Position numbers and translations under genes: made by a program. Positions 9,006-19,951 of a DNA stretch of 64,000 bases are shown here, piece by piece. Source of the DNA: a virus; the IMG/VR virus record IMGVR_UViG_3300043410_001024, positions 35,682 through 99,681 of that record; one strand, written 5' to 3'. The number at the start of each line of letters is the position of its first letter. Positions within the stretch are counted from its first letter, which is position 1. The notes beneath the pieces were generated by a model. The model was not told the DNA's origin and made no database searches. It saw nothing but the letters and a program-made list of their open reading frames with translations.

Positions 9006-9994
9006 GATATATCTGCCGTGTATGTTGAAGGGAATAATCTTCCTGGATTATTAACATCGATCGGTACAGTTGTCCATATTAGCTTAACAGCACCCCAGCC
9101 TGCCTTTCCAGGGTTACCTGGCCAGGATGTACCAGGACCGCCACTGCCACCGCCATATAATCCTCCCCAGCAATTACTATTTCCACCTTCACCACTGCTT
9201 GTTGCTGGGTTCTCACCACTCATTCCTCTAGAACCTCCACTTCCGCCTGCACCACCACCACCGTAACCCGCAGTAGTTGTAAAATTAATAGTATTGCCAC
9301 CAGTATATTGATTACCGTGCCACCAGCCGCTAGCTGTATCACCTTTACCATGTATACCGGTACCACCACCCGCACCTGTGCCGTATGTCGAACTATAGGA
9401 TCCGCCGCCGCACGAGCCGCCTGAGTTTGCCGCAGGCAACGAATTAGTATCGCCACCATTCCCTGTATAGCCACCCGCGCCACCGCCGCCATTCCAACTT
9501 GATGATGTGCCGCCAGCGCCGCCCCCGTCACCGTACCAGCCACCGCCGTAACCGTTCTTGTTTGGCCCGGATGAATCGGATCCGGAGGTGGCGTTTCCGC
9601 CGCCGTATCCAGCAACGGTAGTTGTAGATATAAAATAGCTATTTCCGCCTAGTCCGCCATTCTTAGCTCCTCCGTCACCAACAACAACAGTATATGATGT
9701 TCCTGGTATAACTGGGATATTATTCTTCCAACCTAGGCCGCCACCTGCGCCAGAACAATTTGACCAACCGGTATATCCACCACCACCTCCACCGATACAT
9801 ACAACCGAAACTACCGTTACTGAACCTGGGCAAACCCAAGTATACGATCCTGGTCTAGAATAGGTTATTTGGCCACAGTTATCTTTGGTTAATGGGATTA
9901 CACCACTGGTAGTACCAGCGGTGCTTGTAAGCTGTGTAAAACCAGTGGTAGTATTAGTCAAACCAAAAGAATTAGAAAATTGTTTAAAAAACAT
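9002..9994 (-). CDS. Glycine-rich fibre/receptor-binding protein (330 aa)
   Basis: GSYTWVCPGSVTVVSVVCIGGGGGG...GAGGGLGWKNNIPVIPGTSYTVVVG...GAVKLIW: glycine-rich domain of phage fibre-tip proteins. Confidence 0.7.
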   Translation of the reverse strand: MFFKQFSNSFGLTNTTTGFTQLTSTAGTTSGVIPLTKDNCGQITYSRPGSYTWVCPGSVTVVSVVCIGGGGGGYTGWSNCSGAGGGLGWKNNIPVIPGTSYTVVVGDGGAKNGGLGGNSYFISTTTVAGYGGGNATSGSDSSGPNKNGYGGGWYGDGGGAGGTSSSWNGGGGAGGYTGNGGDTNSLPAANSGGSCGGGSYSSTYGTGAGGGTGIHGKGDTASGWWHGNQYTGGNTINFTTTAGYGGGGAGGSGGSRGMSGENPATSSGEGGNSNCWGGLYGGGSGGPGTSWPGNPGKAGWGAVKLIWTTVPIDVNNPGRLFPSTYTADIS

Positions 9995-9996
9995 AA

Positions 9997-12900
9997 TTAT
10001 TGACTCTCCTTGATAGTTAATAACACTGCAATAACATTTGGGGTATCACATGATGCTTTAATACTATAACCATTTGGAACTTGATAAACAGTTTCACTAC
10101 GGAATAACCCAGTTGTGGTATCGCTTGGACTAAGTGTCTGACCATTGTTTAAATAAAATACGTTACCAGCATTATCATCTAATGTTAAATAGAATTTGAC
10201 ATCGTCTGGTAATCCGTATGCGGTGTAAGTATTATTAAGTGATGCGGTTGAGTTATATAACTGCCATGAATTTTTACCAGTTCTGTATAATACAATCCAT
10301 CCACTACCAATTGTCGCAACTTGGGTTGATTGATAAGTGGTCGAATCAACGGTGTTAAAATTATAGTTAAATGCTTGTTGGTCAATTTGTGCTGTGTTTT
10401 GTAAAGTAACAGCATATCCCATTTTACTGGCAACGATTTGTGCCCATCTATGGCTAGTATATAACGATACGGTCATCAAACTACCCGTTGCTGATGATAA
10501 TGTTAATGCACTTCCACCGACTGACGTACTTACTGAAAACGTGGTAGAGGTAAATCCAGATAATACATAGTACGTTGTACCAGCGCCTATACCACCGTAT
10601 GCAGTACCATTAAATCTAACCGCCATATTAGTATACATACCAGTTGTACTTGCAACGGTGATTAAATTTCCAGTAGAATTAGTTGATAAAACTGATTGTG
10701 GCGCCCATTGGGTGTAATATCCTTGCCAATCATTTAAACGACCATTAATTGACGCATATATTCTTGGGGTTCCGAGATATTCATCATACATCATTGCAAC
10801 TTGCGTACCAGATTTAGAACCACAATGAACATGCATTGGTGTACCCCATCCTTGAGTAACTTGGCTTTCACCACCGGTTTTTCCATTTAATGGGTAGGCC
10901 GTTGTGGTAAAACTACTTAAGTTGGTGGCAACCGCATATGCAGCACTCATACCATGCAGTGCATAGTTAGCGGCACTACTAGGGAAGTATGATCCAATTA
11001 TTCTCCATAGCCCTCTTGAGAAAGTTAACGAGCACGGGGTATCTTGAATCAATTTGAAATTTGGCCGATAACCGATAGTCCAGGTACCGTCACCGAAATT
11101 CATACCAGTGTTACCCAAATCACTCCATGTAGAACCATTAAACAACCCCATACGCATAAAGGTTCCACTGCTACCCATGTACAACAAATACGCCATTTCT
11201 GTGGTGGCTGTTGCACTCGTTTGTTCACTAAAGTATACCATGTTACATAGTGCACCGCCACTCATACCTACTAAATTTTGTTGTGATTTTAAAGTTGGTA
11301 ATTGGGTATAAGATGTCATTGCTTCAGTAACTAACGCGAGACAGTTGTTACCAAATGTGCCATTAGTGTTATGTGGCCCGTAGCTTGTATGTGGATACAC
11401 TCTATTCCCATATTCAATACCGATTAGTAATCTACCGGTTGGTGTTACTTGGATTTGGGTTGCGGCATAAATGTAATTTAATGATGCATTCATTGAGCTG
11501 AGAAGTACTTCACTCAATACAACACCAGATGTATTCATTGCGTAAATTCTACCACCTTGGCATACCATCCAGCATCCTGCCGGTTCATTCCACGCATATC
11601 CCTCACCGTAGTCATATCCCCATGGCAAGTAGTTACCAGTGTGGGCGGTTTGGCCAACGCTTGTGGTACTACCAGTCGAATTAATACGTGCTTTGTAATT
11701 GCCAGATGCGTTTGCATTAATAGTTGCAGGATCATAATATATGTATAATGGGCGACTATTAAATGGATACCATTTAGTCGAATAGCGAACAGTGTTAACA
11801 CTTTCACTTAATCCATTGATTAAATTAGTTGCCACACCTGCACTATCATAACATACTAAACACCCGTATTCACCAACAAATACAACTCTTTCATCACCCC
11901 ATTGGTAATGTTCAGATATACTCTTCATAGTAGTGTGTTGTGTCGTAAGCTGGGTTCTGGTGTTAGATAATGTCGTTGAGCTGGTTTGACGATAGAAAGT
12001 CACTAATCCGTCAGACGCGCCAGTTCCAGTGGTGGCTGCAATAACTGCGTTAACGTTGGTTCCTGTCGATAAACACGCACATTCTAATCCAGAGTGGGCG
12101 GAACTGACAGCGGTTAATGATACAGCGGTGGCTGCACTGGTCCATGCGTTAGTACTTGAGTTAAAGTTGAATGCAATTGCTTGGCTAGCGGTGGCAGAGG
12201 TTGTTACTGCAAACAAGTAAGGGGTAACGTTTGCTGTTGCAGTTTTTACCATTTTACACATACCAATATTGTATGTTGATTGTGCAATACCAAGACTTTG
12301 TATAGAACCTGCAGTAGAAATTGCGCCAGTGTTTGCCATGTTAAATGCCTGCGCACTCCAGTTACCAACCGCCGTACCTGATGCAACAATTACTTTATCA
12401 GTATTGTCTGGGACGATTTCAAGTGCAAATGGATATGCATTGGCGTTCCCAAATGCGGTTGACATATCTAAACTGGTAACAAGGTGGTCAACAGTGTTAC
12501 CCGTAATAGTAAATCTCATTAAATATTTAGTAGTACGTTGTTGGCAAACAACTGCCACTTTAGTTGCGGTAAGTGCAATTGCTCTCCAGCAAGGTTGTTG
12601 CCAGGAGGTTGAACTACCGTTAGGTGCAGACCATAAGTTATAGCTAAAATCACTAAACCAAGCAACTGGTAACGTGTGGTTTTGGATTGGTCCAGCCACG
12701 TATTTGTTAGTTTGATATTCAACAATTTGTGTGTGGATCATATTTCCACCAAAGAAATCTAAACTTCCACAACGGTGATGTGAATGAGGAAGGAAAAATA
12801 ACAATACACGATTTGCACTTAATTGTACTTGATACGGTTCACCCCATCCGTATGTGCTTGCGCCACTATAACTAATAATAGGATTAACATTTGAACCAAA

Positions 12901-13089
12901 TGGTGTCCATTCTTGTGCACCGCTAGCGGTTGAGTTAATTGTTGCATTATTTTGCACACCATTGATATTAACTGCACGTAACTCTGCGCCTGCACCAGTG
13001 GCGTTTGTGTAAACAGATGATAATGTACTAGTAATTGTATTATTAATTACTGATTTGTTAATTGTTGGTGCTGTATATATTCTACCCAT
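9997..13089 (-). CDS. Large putative receptor-binding protein (1030 aa); adaptor fold split by a large beta-rich insert
   Basis: Long ORF with an upstream late promoter. Its termini resemble the N- and C-halves of the small adaptor paralogues (see findings). Confidence 0.6.
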   Translation of the reverse strand: MGRIYTAPTINKSVINNTITSTLSSVYTNATGAGAELRAVNINGVQNNATINSTASGAQEWTPFGSNVNPIISYSGASTYGWGEPYQVQLSANRVLLFFLPHSHHRCGSLDFFGGNMIHTQIVEYQTNKYVAGPIQNHTLPVAWFSDFSYNLWSAPNGSSTSWQQPCWRAIALTATKVAVVCQQRTTKYLMRFTITGNTVDHLVTSLDMSTAFGNANAYPFALEIVPDNTDKVIVASGTAVGNWSAQAFNMANTGAISTAGSIQSLGIAQSTYNIGMCKMVKTATANVTPYLFAVTTSATASQAIAFNFNSSTNAWTSAATAVSLTAVSSAHSGLECACLSTGTNVNAVIAATTGTGASDGLVTFYRQTSSTTLSNTRTQLTTQHTTMKSISEHYQWGDERVVFVGEYGCLVCYDSAGVATNLINGLSESVNTVRYSTKWYPFNSRPLYIYYDPATINANASGNYKARINSTGSTTSVGQTAHTGNYLPWGYDYGEGYAWNEPAGCWMVCQGGRIYAMNTSGVVLSEVLLSSMNASLNYIYAATQIQVTPTGRLLIGIEYGNRVYPHTSYGPHNTNGTFGNNCLALVTEAMTSYTQLPTLKSQQNLVGMSGGALCNMVYFSEQTSATATTEMAYLLYMGSSGTFMRMGLFNGSTWSDLGNTGMNFGDGTWTIGYRPNFKLIQDTPCSLTFSRGLWRIIGSYFPSSAANYALHGMSAAYAVATNLSSFTTTAYPLNGKTGGESQVTQGWGTPMHVHCGSKSGTQVAMMYDEYLGTPRIYASINGRLNDWQGYYTQWAPQSVLSTNSTGNLITVASTTGMYTNMAVRFNGTAYGGIGAGTTYYVLSGFTSTTFSVSTSVGGSALTLSSATGSLMTVSLYTSHRWAQIVASKMGYAVTLQNTAQIDQQAFNYNFNTVDSTTYQSTQVATIGSGWIVLYRTGKNSWQLYNSTASLNNTYTAYGLPDDVKFYLTLDDNAGNVFYLNNGQTLSPSDTTTGLFRSETVYQVPNGYSIKASCDTPNVIAVLLTIKESQ

Positions 13090-13113
13090 TTAAAAAAATT
13101 CCTTGTTATCTAT

Positions 13114-13121
13114 TATTTATA
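13114..13121 (-). promoter_or_regulatory. T4-type late promoter TATAAATA
   Basis: Full consensus overlapping the stop codon of the upstream gene, ~24 nt before ATG 13089. Confidence 0.75.
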
Positions 13122-13437
13122 CAGTTGATGTTTCGATTCCATACACAACCGCAGAAACAGATGTTGCACTTGAGTATGCTACAATTCGTTTAGTTGCATC
13201 TAGTACTAAACCGGTTCTTTCAACCACGCCTTTAGGTGGTATCGTTACATCGTATTCAATATATTCATTAGCGGCGGGTGATGCTGATGTCGCAAGTGCT
13301 AAACGAACTAATACTGAAGATGAACCTCTGTTGCAAATTGAAACTGTTACCACAGCAAATGTTGTTGCAGGAACGGTATACAAGGTTGTATTTGTTGTTG
13401 CTGCTAGATCAGATGATCCTAAAATTCCTGATGCCAT
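13117..13437 (-). CDS. Small beta-sandwich virion adaptor protein (106 aa)
   Basis: LYTVP...VSICNR...YIEYD..I....ERTGLVL...V.A.S...VS.V.YGIE; SD GGAG. Confidence 0.75.
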   Translation of the reverse strand: MASGILGSSDLAATTNTTLYTVPATTFAVVTVSICNRGSSSVLVRLALATSASPAANEYIEYDVTIPPKGVVERTGLVLDATKRIVAYSSATSVSAVVYGIETSTV

Positions 13438-13467
13438 TATATTTCTCCATATTTTATAATTTTGGCT

Positions 13468-13495
13468 ATATTGCTACTCCGAAGAGTAGCAATAT
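13468..13495 (-). promoter_or_regulatory. 12-bp C(UUCG)G hairpin without U-tract (stability/processing element)
   Basis: ATATTGCTACTC-TTCG-GAGTAGCAATAT on the minus strand in a 65-nt intergenic gap. Confidence 0.6.
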
Positions 13496-13502
13496 CTATT
13501 TT

Positions 13503-16500
13503 TTATACTAAAAAGTATGATAATGATAAAGGTGAACCATCGACCCCACCTATAAAATTAAATTTACTTGTTGCATTAATCTGTACACCTGTTGTGGTCG
13601 ATATAGTGTTACCTGAAACAAACACAGTACCAGCGGTTAATGTATTTACATTTAATGAACTACCGCCACCACCAATTTGACTATTAATGTATGATTTAAT
13701 TGCCTTTTGTGTCGGTACTATACTATCACTATTTAATGTAAAGTATGGGTCAGTTGAGAACGATGTAATCGTTGCACTTGTACCACCTAATGTTACCGAA
13801 CCAATAGTTAATTGATTTAACCCAGCAATGTTAAATGCATCAGCATTCAATGTTGCAACCCCAGTTGACTGTTGAACTGAGAATAAGTTCCCAACGTTAA
13901 AGTTACCATCTTGGTCAGTACTAGTAAAGAATACGCGTCCACCACCAAATTGTACAGTTTGTTTAGTACTATCAACCGCTAAATTTGGTGTACCTGGGTA
14001 ATTTGTATTTGCAATATTACCTGTACCAATGTTCAAGAAGTCATGACCAGTTAATCTAACTTGGCTATATTTAATACGCATTGTTGCAGCTGTCGTATGA
14101 GTAGGTGCAAGTGCGGTTGTCATAGCCGGACTAACTTGTATTGTTGCATTATATGGTGCGATTCCACCGCCTGAACTTAAATAGTTTGTGATAGCAACGA
14201 CTTTATATACGGTTGAATTACCAGCGAATACAACATTTGAACCTGCAATTGGTTGACTTGTTAATCCTGATACGTTAATATAACTGCCAATTTGGTACAT
14301 ATCAGCATATCCATTACCGGTTACGGTGGCGGTTGATGATGCATATTGTGTTCCTCTATTGGTAAATGTTGGATTAGCTAATACACCAGTCCCAGTTCTA
14401 ACTGTATATGTAAATGCTGTTGTTGCGTTTGGATCAGTAATAGTTAATGTTGGCGTTGAACCATAACTACTTCCTGGTTCAATAATTCTAAATTCACTAA
14501 TAGCACCATTTGCTACTTTTACACGTCCTCTAGTTGTTGTACCAATATTTAAATAATATCCAGTTGTTGACGATTGTGGTAATAAAACCCATCTTGGTAT
14601 ATTATTAGGATTTCCAAATACAATCACAGAATTAGTTGAGCTTGGAATTGTTCTAGAAGTCCAAAATACCCCATCTTCGGATGTTTGAAAACTGGTTACT
14701 GCTCCTGTATAATTAATCCCTGCAAATATTCCTTGACCATATCCAAGTTTGTATGCACTGTCAGGATGTCTAGAATCGTACCAAGTAATACCATCAAAAG
14801 AGTATGCTGACCGTTCCGGTGCTACCGCTACAAATCGGCCATTACCGTATGTAACAGTTGACCAGTTAGCAACGCTAATAGTAGTCGCAGTCCAAGTTGC
14901 GCCGTCATTTGTTGAATACGCTGCATAAGTTGAACTAAGTGCCATAGTGACCCATATTCCTGCACCGTAAGCTGGTGCTATCCAGTTAGCCGATACTACT
15001 GGTAAAGCGCCACCTGCTGTCCATGATACACCACCATTTGTTGAAATGTTGGTGGTTCCTGCGTATGCTACACCAACAAATATACCATTTCCGCTACCAA
15101 ATGCATGTGATGTACCTGTTGTAAATGCACCACCTGCTGTCCACGATGTACCACCGTTTGTTGAATAACTTGTGATATTACCTGACCGTGCAATCCATGT
15201 GCCTACACCACTAACAACGCCATATTTAATATCCTGCCAAATAGCTGAAGAAGTTAACGCACCTCCTGCTGTCCAAGTAATACCGTCGGAACTAACTAAT
15301 GTTGCCGTACCGGATGTTTCTGATACCGCTACATATTTTCCGCCTGCACCAACACCACTATATGTAAAGTTATTAATTACGCCAGTACCGCTAACTACGT
15401 TGGTTACTGTAATTGTAATATTATTAGTTGCGGTTCCACCTAAACTTGTTCCTGCAATTGTTAATGTATTACCAATTGCATATCCGGTACCACCAGAAAC
15501 CAATGTTACTGCATATGCAACACCAGTTCTTACAACTGTAAATGTTGCACTAGAACCCGCGCCACCTGTTACACCTACCGCTGCGTAAGTTCCATTTATA
15601 TCCCCATATGCGGCGCTTGACCAAGCGTTTGATGTAATGGTTGTTGCAGTTGCGGAATACGCAGGAGCACTAAATTTAATTCTTGGTTCAATGGTATAAG
15701 TGGTTGTAACATCTAACGCGGATGCAATAGATGTACCAGAAACAGCATGATCCCATCCTGCTGCGTGTACTGTTACAGTTTGTGATGATGTATCACTTGA
15801 AATATCAAATACTGTTCCAGCAGCAATTGTACTAATACTAAATTGTGTGGTACTTGAAATAGTTTTAACGTAATATAAAGTATTCGCTGAAATATTAGCA
15901 AGTGCTGCACCAAAATAAATCGGCATGTTTGCGGTTAACGTACTCGTACTTGCAACTGTGATTAAGTCCGAACTTGCAGTTGTAGCAGTTGCGGTCATAT
16001 CAGGGAAACTTTCTTTCGCAACTAACGCAATTTTTGAACCTGAGTTGTAACTTACAATGTAACCACTTTGTCCAGCACCAGCGCCACCATTTAACTGAAT
16101 TCTCATACCGGTATATGCAGAACTAATTGCACTATCAGTTGCCGCAATGGTGATTTGTGTTGTATTACCAGCTTGTCCAGTATTTGATGTTGTTACATAG
16201 TTTGCACCATTTGTTAATAAACGAGTTTCATATACAGCATTATCTCTAAATTCATTACCAACTGTTGTAACGCCGTAACCAGTACCAACGAATGAGTAAG
16301 TTGCGGTATTATATCCGGTACCAGCATTTAAGTATTCAACACGATAAATTTTATCAACCGCATTAGTTACAACATTTGAAATAATTGCTTGACTAGAACG
16401 ATTGTTAACGGTCGCGGTCAATGCTGTTTCAGATGAATCAACTCCCTCCGCAACAGTACCGTATGTACCGTAAGAACTATTACCATTTGTTGCACGAATT

Positions 16501-19500
16501 TTACCACCATTTTCAGCTAGGTAACCAATATGTCCGTAGTATGAAAATACCGATACCAATTCAGTCAATGCATTCGTACCTGTACACCACACACCGATAC
16601 CATCACTTATAATTTGTGTAAAATCATTAGCAACAATTGAACGATTTCCACCGTTATGCAAAGTACCGTCAATTTTTAATCCAGTACAAGCAGTACCAAA
16701 AGTGGTTACATTTTGAATATATGGACTGCGAGACGTAATCCAAGCACGCGAATCTGCGGTACCCCATCCTGGGTCTAAACTAACATAAGCACCAGCGGTT
16801 GGACGTTGTGTTCCATATGCATTAGCAGTTCCTAAAGTTCCAGATAATCCTTGTACAGTTAAGTTACGAATACCAGTTGCATTACGCACATAGAACATAT
16901 CTTCTAATACTGATGTTTGTACGCTCCGTCTATAATAACGAGCCGCCAATAATGTTCTATAGTTTCCAGTATAAACTAGATCGTATTTCATTGCGTTAAC
17001 TAATTCTCTAACGTCACGCGCACAAGCGGTGGAATCATATGATAATTTTATAGTAAACGACATTCCAGAGGTTGCTGACCATGTCAACGCTGTACCACCA
17101 GAGGTTGCCGCAACAGTGATAACATTAGCTGCCGAGGTTTTAACATAGTATACAGTTCCGACCACGATACCTGATGCGCCAACGGTTCCGCTAAACACAA
17201 CTGGCATACCGACCGCAAAGTTAGTTGAACTTGCAACGGTAATATTACCATTAGTCGCGGTTGCTGACACGGTTGTGCTGTATGTATAATTTGTATACGC
17301 AACAGCTTCTTGAGCCAAGAATTCTTTATTTGCTTCTAATACTTCAACCGCGTCATAGTATGCTTGTGTTGCGGTTGGTGTGACAGTACCAGTTAAAGAT
17401 GGTGCTGAACCAGAACTATTAATGTAATAGTTAATATAATCTTTATAATTAGTAAATAACGCAACAGCTGCCGTACCCACAGTTGAATTACTTGCTGGGC
17501 GGGTGGTAACTGGTGTTAACGCATTTCCAGAGGTTGGGGTCACTGTTAAATTTTGTACCAAATTTGAGATAATAGCACTTAATCTGGTTACTGCGGCTAA
17601 ACTATATGTTGTATCAGTTGTTGCAATTGCTGTACTTTTTGGTCTAATATTTGATGAACGTAATTCGTCACCAACTAACGCGGTGTTAGCAGGTACAATA
17701 ATTGGCAATGTTTCATAGTAGATACCAGTTTTTACAAAAATTGTATAAGTTGTATTAACAACCGCTGGAATATTAGTATTAACACCTGCAGTAATTGCAT
17801 CGGTGATAACTTTAACTAAGTTTGTTACTAATGTGGTAACACCAGATTCCAATGTTTTTGTCGAATCACTAACACGAGTTACAGTTGCTTGATATGTTGT
17901 ACCAGGTGCAGTGTTTGCAATAACGGCATTAATTACTGATACCATTTGATTGTATCCAGCAACGTCTTGTGTTTTTTGGTTAGTCAACTGTGTATATGTT
18001 CCACCAACATAAGCTTGGGCGGCGGCCACTGAACGAGCATTACCACCGTGTGATAAGTCGTAAACTAATGCATCGATTACATAACCAATATCTCGTTCAC
18101 AAGTTGCTTGAACGTAAGAGAATCCTGCAAATGGTGCGATACTATTTGTAACTTGATAGTTAATCCATGCGATTACTTCTTTTTGGATATAACTTCTGTT
18201 TCTTGCCAGTAAATAAGAACCATTTGGATTTAATGCCCCTCTTTCAACTTGTTCGGTTGCATAACGTACAGTTAACCAAGGACGATCTAGGGTAACACCA
18301 TAATCTGGTGCTGGGTTATTTACACCGGCGGGACTAACATAATATACTTGGTCAATAACACCAAAGTAGCTCCACGATGGAACTAATGATGACGAAACTT
18401 TTAAAATTTGTCCAGCGGCACCAACAGCTAATCTTGCTGGTCCAGATTGACTCATATAAGGAATATCACCAGTGGTGGTTAACACAGAGGTTGATGAACC
18501 AGCTGATAATACGTTCCAATATGTACCAGTTGAATCGTTATCTGGTCTGTTTATAGTAGCACCGGTATGCGCCAAAATACAAATATAAGAGTTTGCACCA
18601 AATGATACTGAGTCGCCAGCAACATATCCAGTCGAGGTTGCCCAAGTTGCAGCATACCCAGTCGCGGTAATAGTTGCAATTGCACTACCAGAAATTGTGG
18701 CAATTGTAATTAAGATATCGTTAAATGGACTTAACCCACCAACTTGTGTACCTAAAATTTTAATAGTGGTCGATGCGCTATAGCCAGTACCGGGTGCATT
18801 CAAGGTAACTGAATACGATGTACCGACAGTGCTTACGTTAAATGTGGCACTGTTACCTGTTGCTGTTACGTTAGTTCCAGCCACAGCGGTATATGATTTA
18901 TTAACGTTTGCCCATTTAATACCAGAATTCAATCGTGACCAATATGTTAAATTAGGAGGTGTATTACCTGAACTTGATGTATGGTCTAAAACGGCAACAT
19001 AAGTGTATCCACCTAGTCTTGTAACATTACCAACTTGATAAGATTGTGCGGCTGCCCAATCACCAATAAAGTTAAATCCAGTGGTAAATAATCCCCAGTT
19101 CGAGGTGCTTGTAGACGGAATTGCGTTGCTGTTTATTGTTTTACTAATATAAGAATACCCGCCATACCCAACGATGTCACCTGGTTGATAAGTTGTAGCA
19201 CTCGACCATGTATTCTCGTAAGTCAACCCTTCGATAAATCTTGCCCAGTTTGCCTCAATAAATGATGCACTTGACGTATGATAGGTTGTACAAATCCAAA
19301 CATCTGCGCCAAAATTAACTAAGTCATTAGCTTTATATCTAACAGAGCTACCACTCCATTGACCTAAGTAATCAAACCCTTTGTGGTATACATCCCAGTA
19401 CCCAATATTAGTTTCTAATCCCAATGTTGCGGTTGCAGCTGAAACGTGATTGGTGTTACAAACGTATACAATACCCCCATATTTTACTACTTCATTTACT

Positions 19501-19901
19501 CTGTATTTTGTTGACGTTGTCCACGTTGATTGCCATTTAAATCCGGTGGCATATACATCCCAACTACTTGCATTGGCGTCTAAACCTAATGCGGTGGTTG
19601 CAGCTGATGTATGTGTTGATGTACAAATATATAATTTTCCACCATATTTCACTACATCATTTAATCGATAGTATGTATTAATAGTCCAATCTGACATCCA
19701 TGCAGTACCATCAGATACCTGGTTCCATCGTGTTGGAACGTTACTAATATCTGTAGTAAAATCTGCAGAGCTGGTATGCCCAACGATACATACGTATGTT
19801 TTACCACCATTTCTAACAATATCGTCTTTTAAATATGCGGTTGAAGCTGCCCAAGCGCCCTTCCATATAAAACGTATTCTACCTAATTTAAATTCAGCCA
19901 T
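13503..19901 (-). CDS. Giant tail fibre / virion structural protein A (2132 aa)
   Basis: N-terminal W....Y...D.V.YGG..Y.C...H.S repeats (carbohydrate-binding-like), beta-helix-like core (YYVSPAG...PWLTVRYA; IFVKTG.Y.E.LPI.VP...LVGDELRS), BNR/Asp-box-like STNGG.SW repeats. Confidence 0.75.
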   Translation of the reverse strand: MAEFKLGRIRFIWKGAWAASTAYLKDDIVRNGGKTYVCIVGHTSSADFTTDISNVPTRWNQVSDGTAWMSDWTINTYYRLNDVVKYGGKLYICTSTHTSAATTALGLDANASSWDVYATGFKWQSTWTTSTKYRVNEVVKYGGIVYVCNTNHVSAATATLGLETNIGYWDVYHKGFDYLGQWSGSSVRYKANDLVNFGADVWICTTYHTSSASFIEANWARFIEGLTYENTWSSATTYQPGDIVGYGGYSYISKTINSNAIPSTSTSNWGLFTTGFNFIGDWAAAQSYQVGNVTRLGGYTYVAVLDHTSSSGNTPPNLTYWSRLNSGIKWANVNKSYTAVAGTNVTATGNSATFNVSTVGTSYSVTLNAPGTGYSASTTIKILGTQVGGLSPFNDILITIATISGSAIATITATGYAATWATSTGYVAGDSVSFGANSYICILAHTGATINRPDNDSTGTYWNVLSAGSSTSVLTTTGDIPYMSQSGPARLAVGAAGQILKVSSSLVPSWSYFGVIDQVYYVSPAGVNNPAPDYGVTLDRPWLTVRYATEQVERGALNPNGSYLLARNRSYIQKEVIAWINYQVTNSIAPFAGFSYVQATCERDIGYVIDALVYDLSHGGNARSVAAAQAYVGGTYTQLTNQKTQDVAGYNQMVSVINAVIANTAPGTTYQATVTRVSDSTKTLESGVTTLVTNLVKVITDAITAGVNTNIPAVVNTTYTIFVKTGIYYETLPIIVPANTALVGDELRSSNIRPKSTAIATTDTTYSLAAVTRLSAIISNLVQNLTVTPTSGNALTPVTTRPASNSTVGTAAVALFTNYKDYINYYINSSGSAPSLTGTVTPTATQAYYDAVEVLEANKEFLAQEAVAYTNYTYSTTVSATATNGNITVASSTNFAVGMPVVFSGTVGASGIVVGTVYYVKTSAANVITVAATSGGTALTWSATSGMSFTIKLSYDSTACARDVRELVNAMKYDLVYTGNYRTLLAARYYRRSVQTSVLEDMFYVRNATGIRNLTVQGLSGTLGTANAYGTQRPTAGAYVSLDPGWGTADSRAWITSRSPYIQNVTTFGTACTGLKIDGTLHNGGNRSIVANDFTQIISDGIGVWCTGTNALTELVSVFSYYGHIGYLAENGGKIRATNGNSSYGTYGTVAEGVDSSETALTATVNNRSSQAIISNVVTNAVDKIYRVEYLNAGTGYNTATYSFVGTGYGVTTVGNEFRDNAVYETRLLTNGANYVTTSNTGQAGNTTQITIAATDSAISSAYTGMRIQLNGGAGAGQSGYIVSYNSGSKIALVAKESFPDMTATATTASSDLITVASTSTLTANMPIYFGAALANISANTLYYVKTISSTTQFSISTIAAGTVFDISSDTSSQTVTVHAAGWDHAVSGTSIASALDVTTTYTIEPRIKFSAPAYSATATTITSNAWSSAAYGDINGTYAAVGVTGGAGSSATFTVVRTGVAYAVTLVSGGTGYAIGNTLTIAGTSLGGTATNNITITVTNVVSGTGVINNFTYSGVGAGGKYVAVSETSGTATLVSSDGITWTAGGALTSSAIWQDIKYGVVSGVGTWIARSGNITSYSTNGGTSWTAGGAFTTGTSHAFGSGNGIFVGVAYAGTTNISTNGGVSWTAGGALPVVSANWIAPAYGAGIWVTMALSSTYAAYSTNDGATWTATTISVANWSTVTYGNGRFVAVAPERSAYSFDGITWYDSRHPDSAYKLGYGQGIFAGINYTGAVTSFQTSEDGVFWTSRTIPSSTNSVIVFGNPNNIPRWVLLPQSSTTGYYLNIGTTTRGRVKVANGAISEFRIIEPGSSYGSTPTLTITDPNATTAFTYTVRTGTGVLANPTFTNRGTQYASSTATVTGNGYADMYQIGSYINVSGLTSQPIAGSNVVFAGNSTVYKVVAITNYLSSGGGIAPYNATIQVSPAMTTALAPTHTTAATMRIKYSQVRLTGHDFLNIGTGNIANTNYPGTPNLAVDSTKQTVQFGGGRVFFTSTDQDGNFNVGNLFSVQQSTGVATLNADAFNIAGLNQLTIGSVTLGGTSATITSFSTDPYFTLNSDSIVPTQKAIKSYINSQIGGGGSSLNVNTLTAGTVFVSGNTISTTTGVQINATSKFNFIGGVDGSPLSLSYFLV

Positions 19902-19932
19902 TTAGCTACTCCAAAAATCTTTGTTGTTTTTA

Positions 19933-19938
19933 TATTTA
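19933..19938 (-). promoter_or_regulatory. T4-type late promoter (TAAATA)
   Basis: TAAATA ~31 nt upstream of ATG 19901; SD GGAG in between. Confidence 0.65.
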
Positions 19939-19951
19939 TCTGTTATCATAA

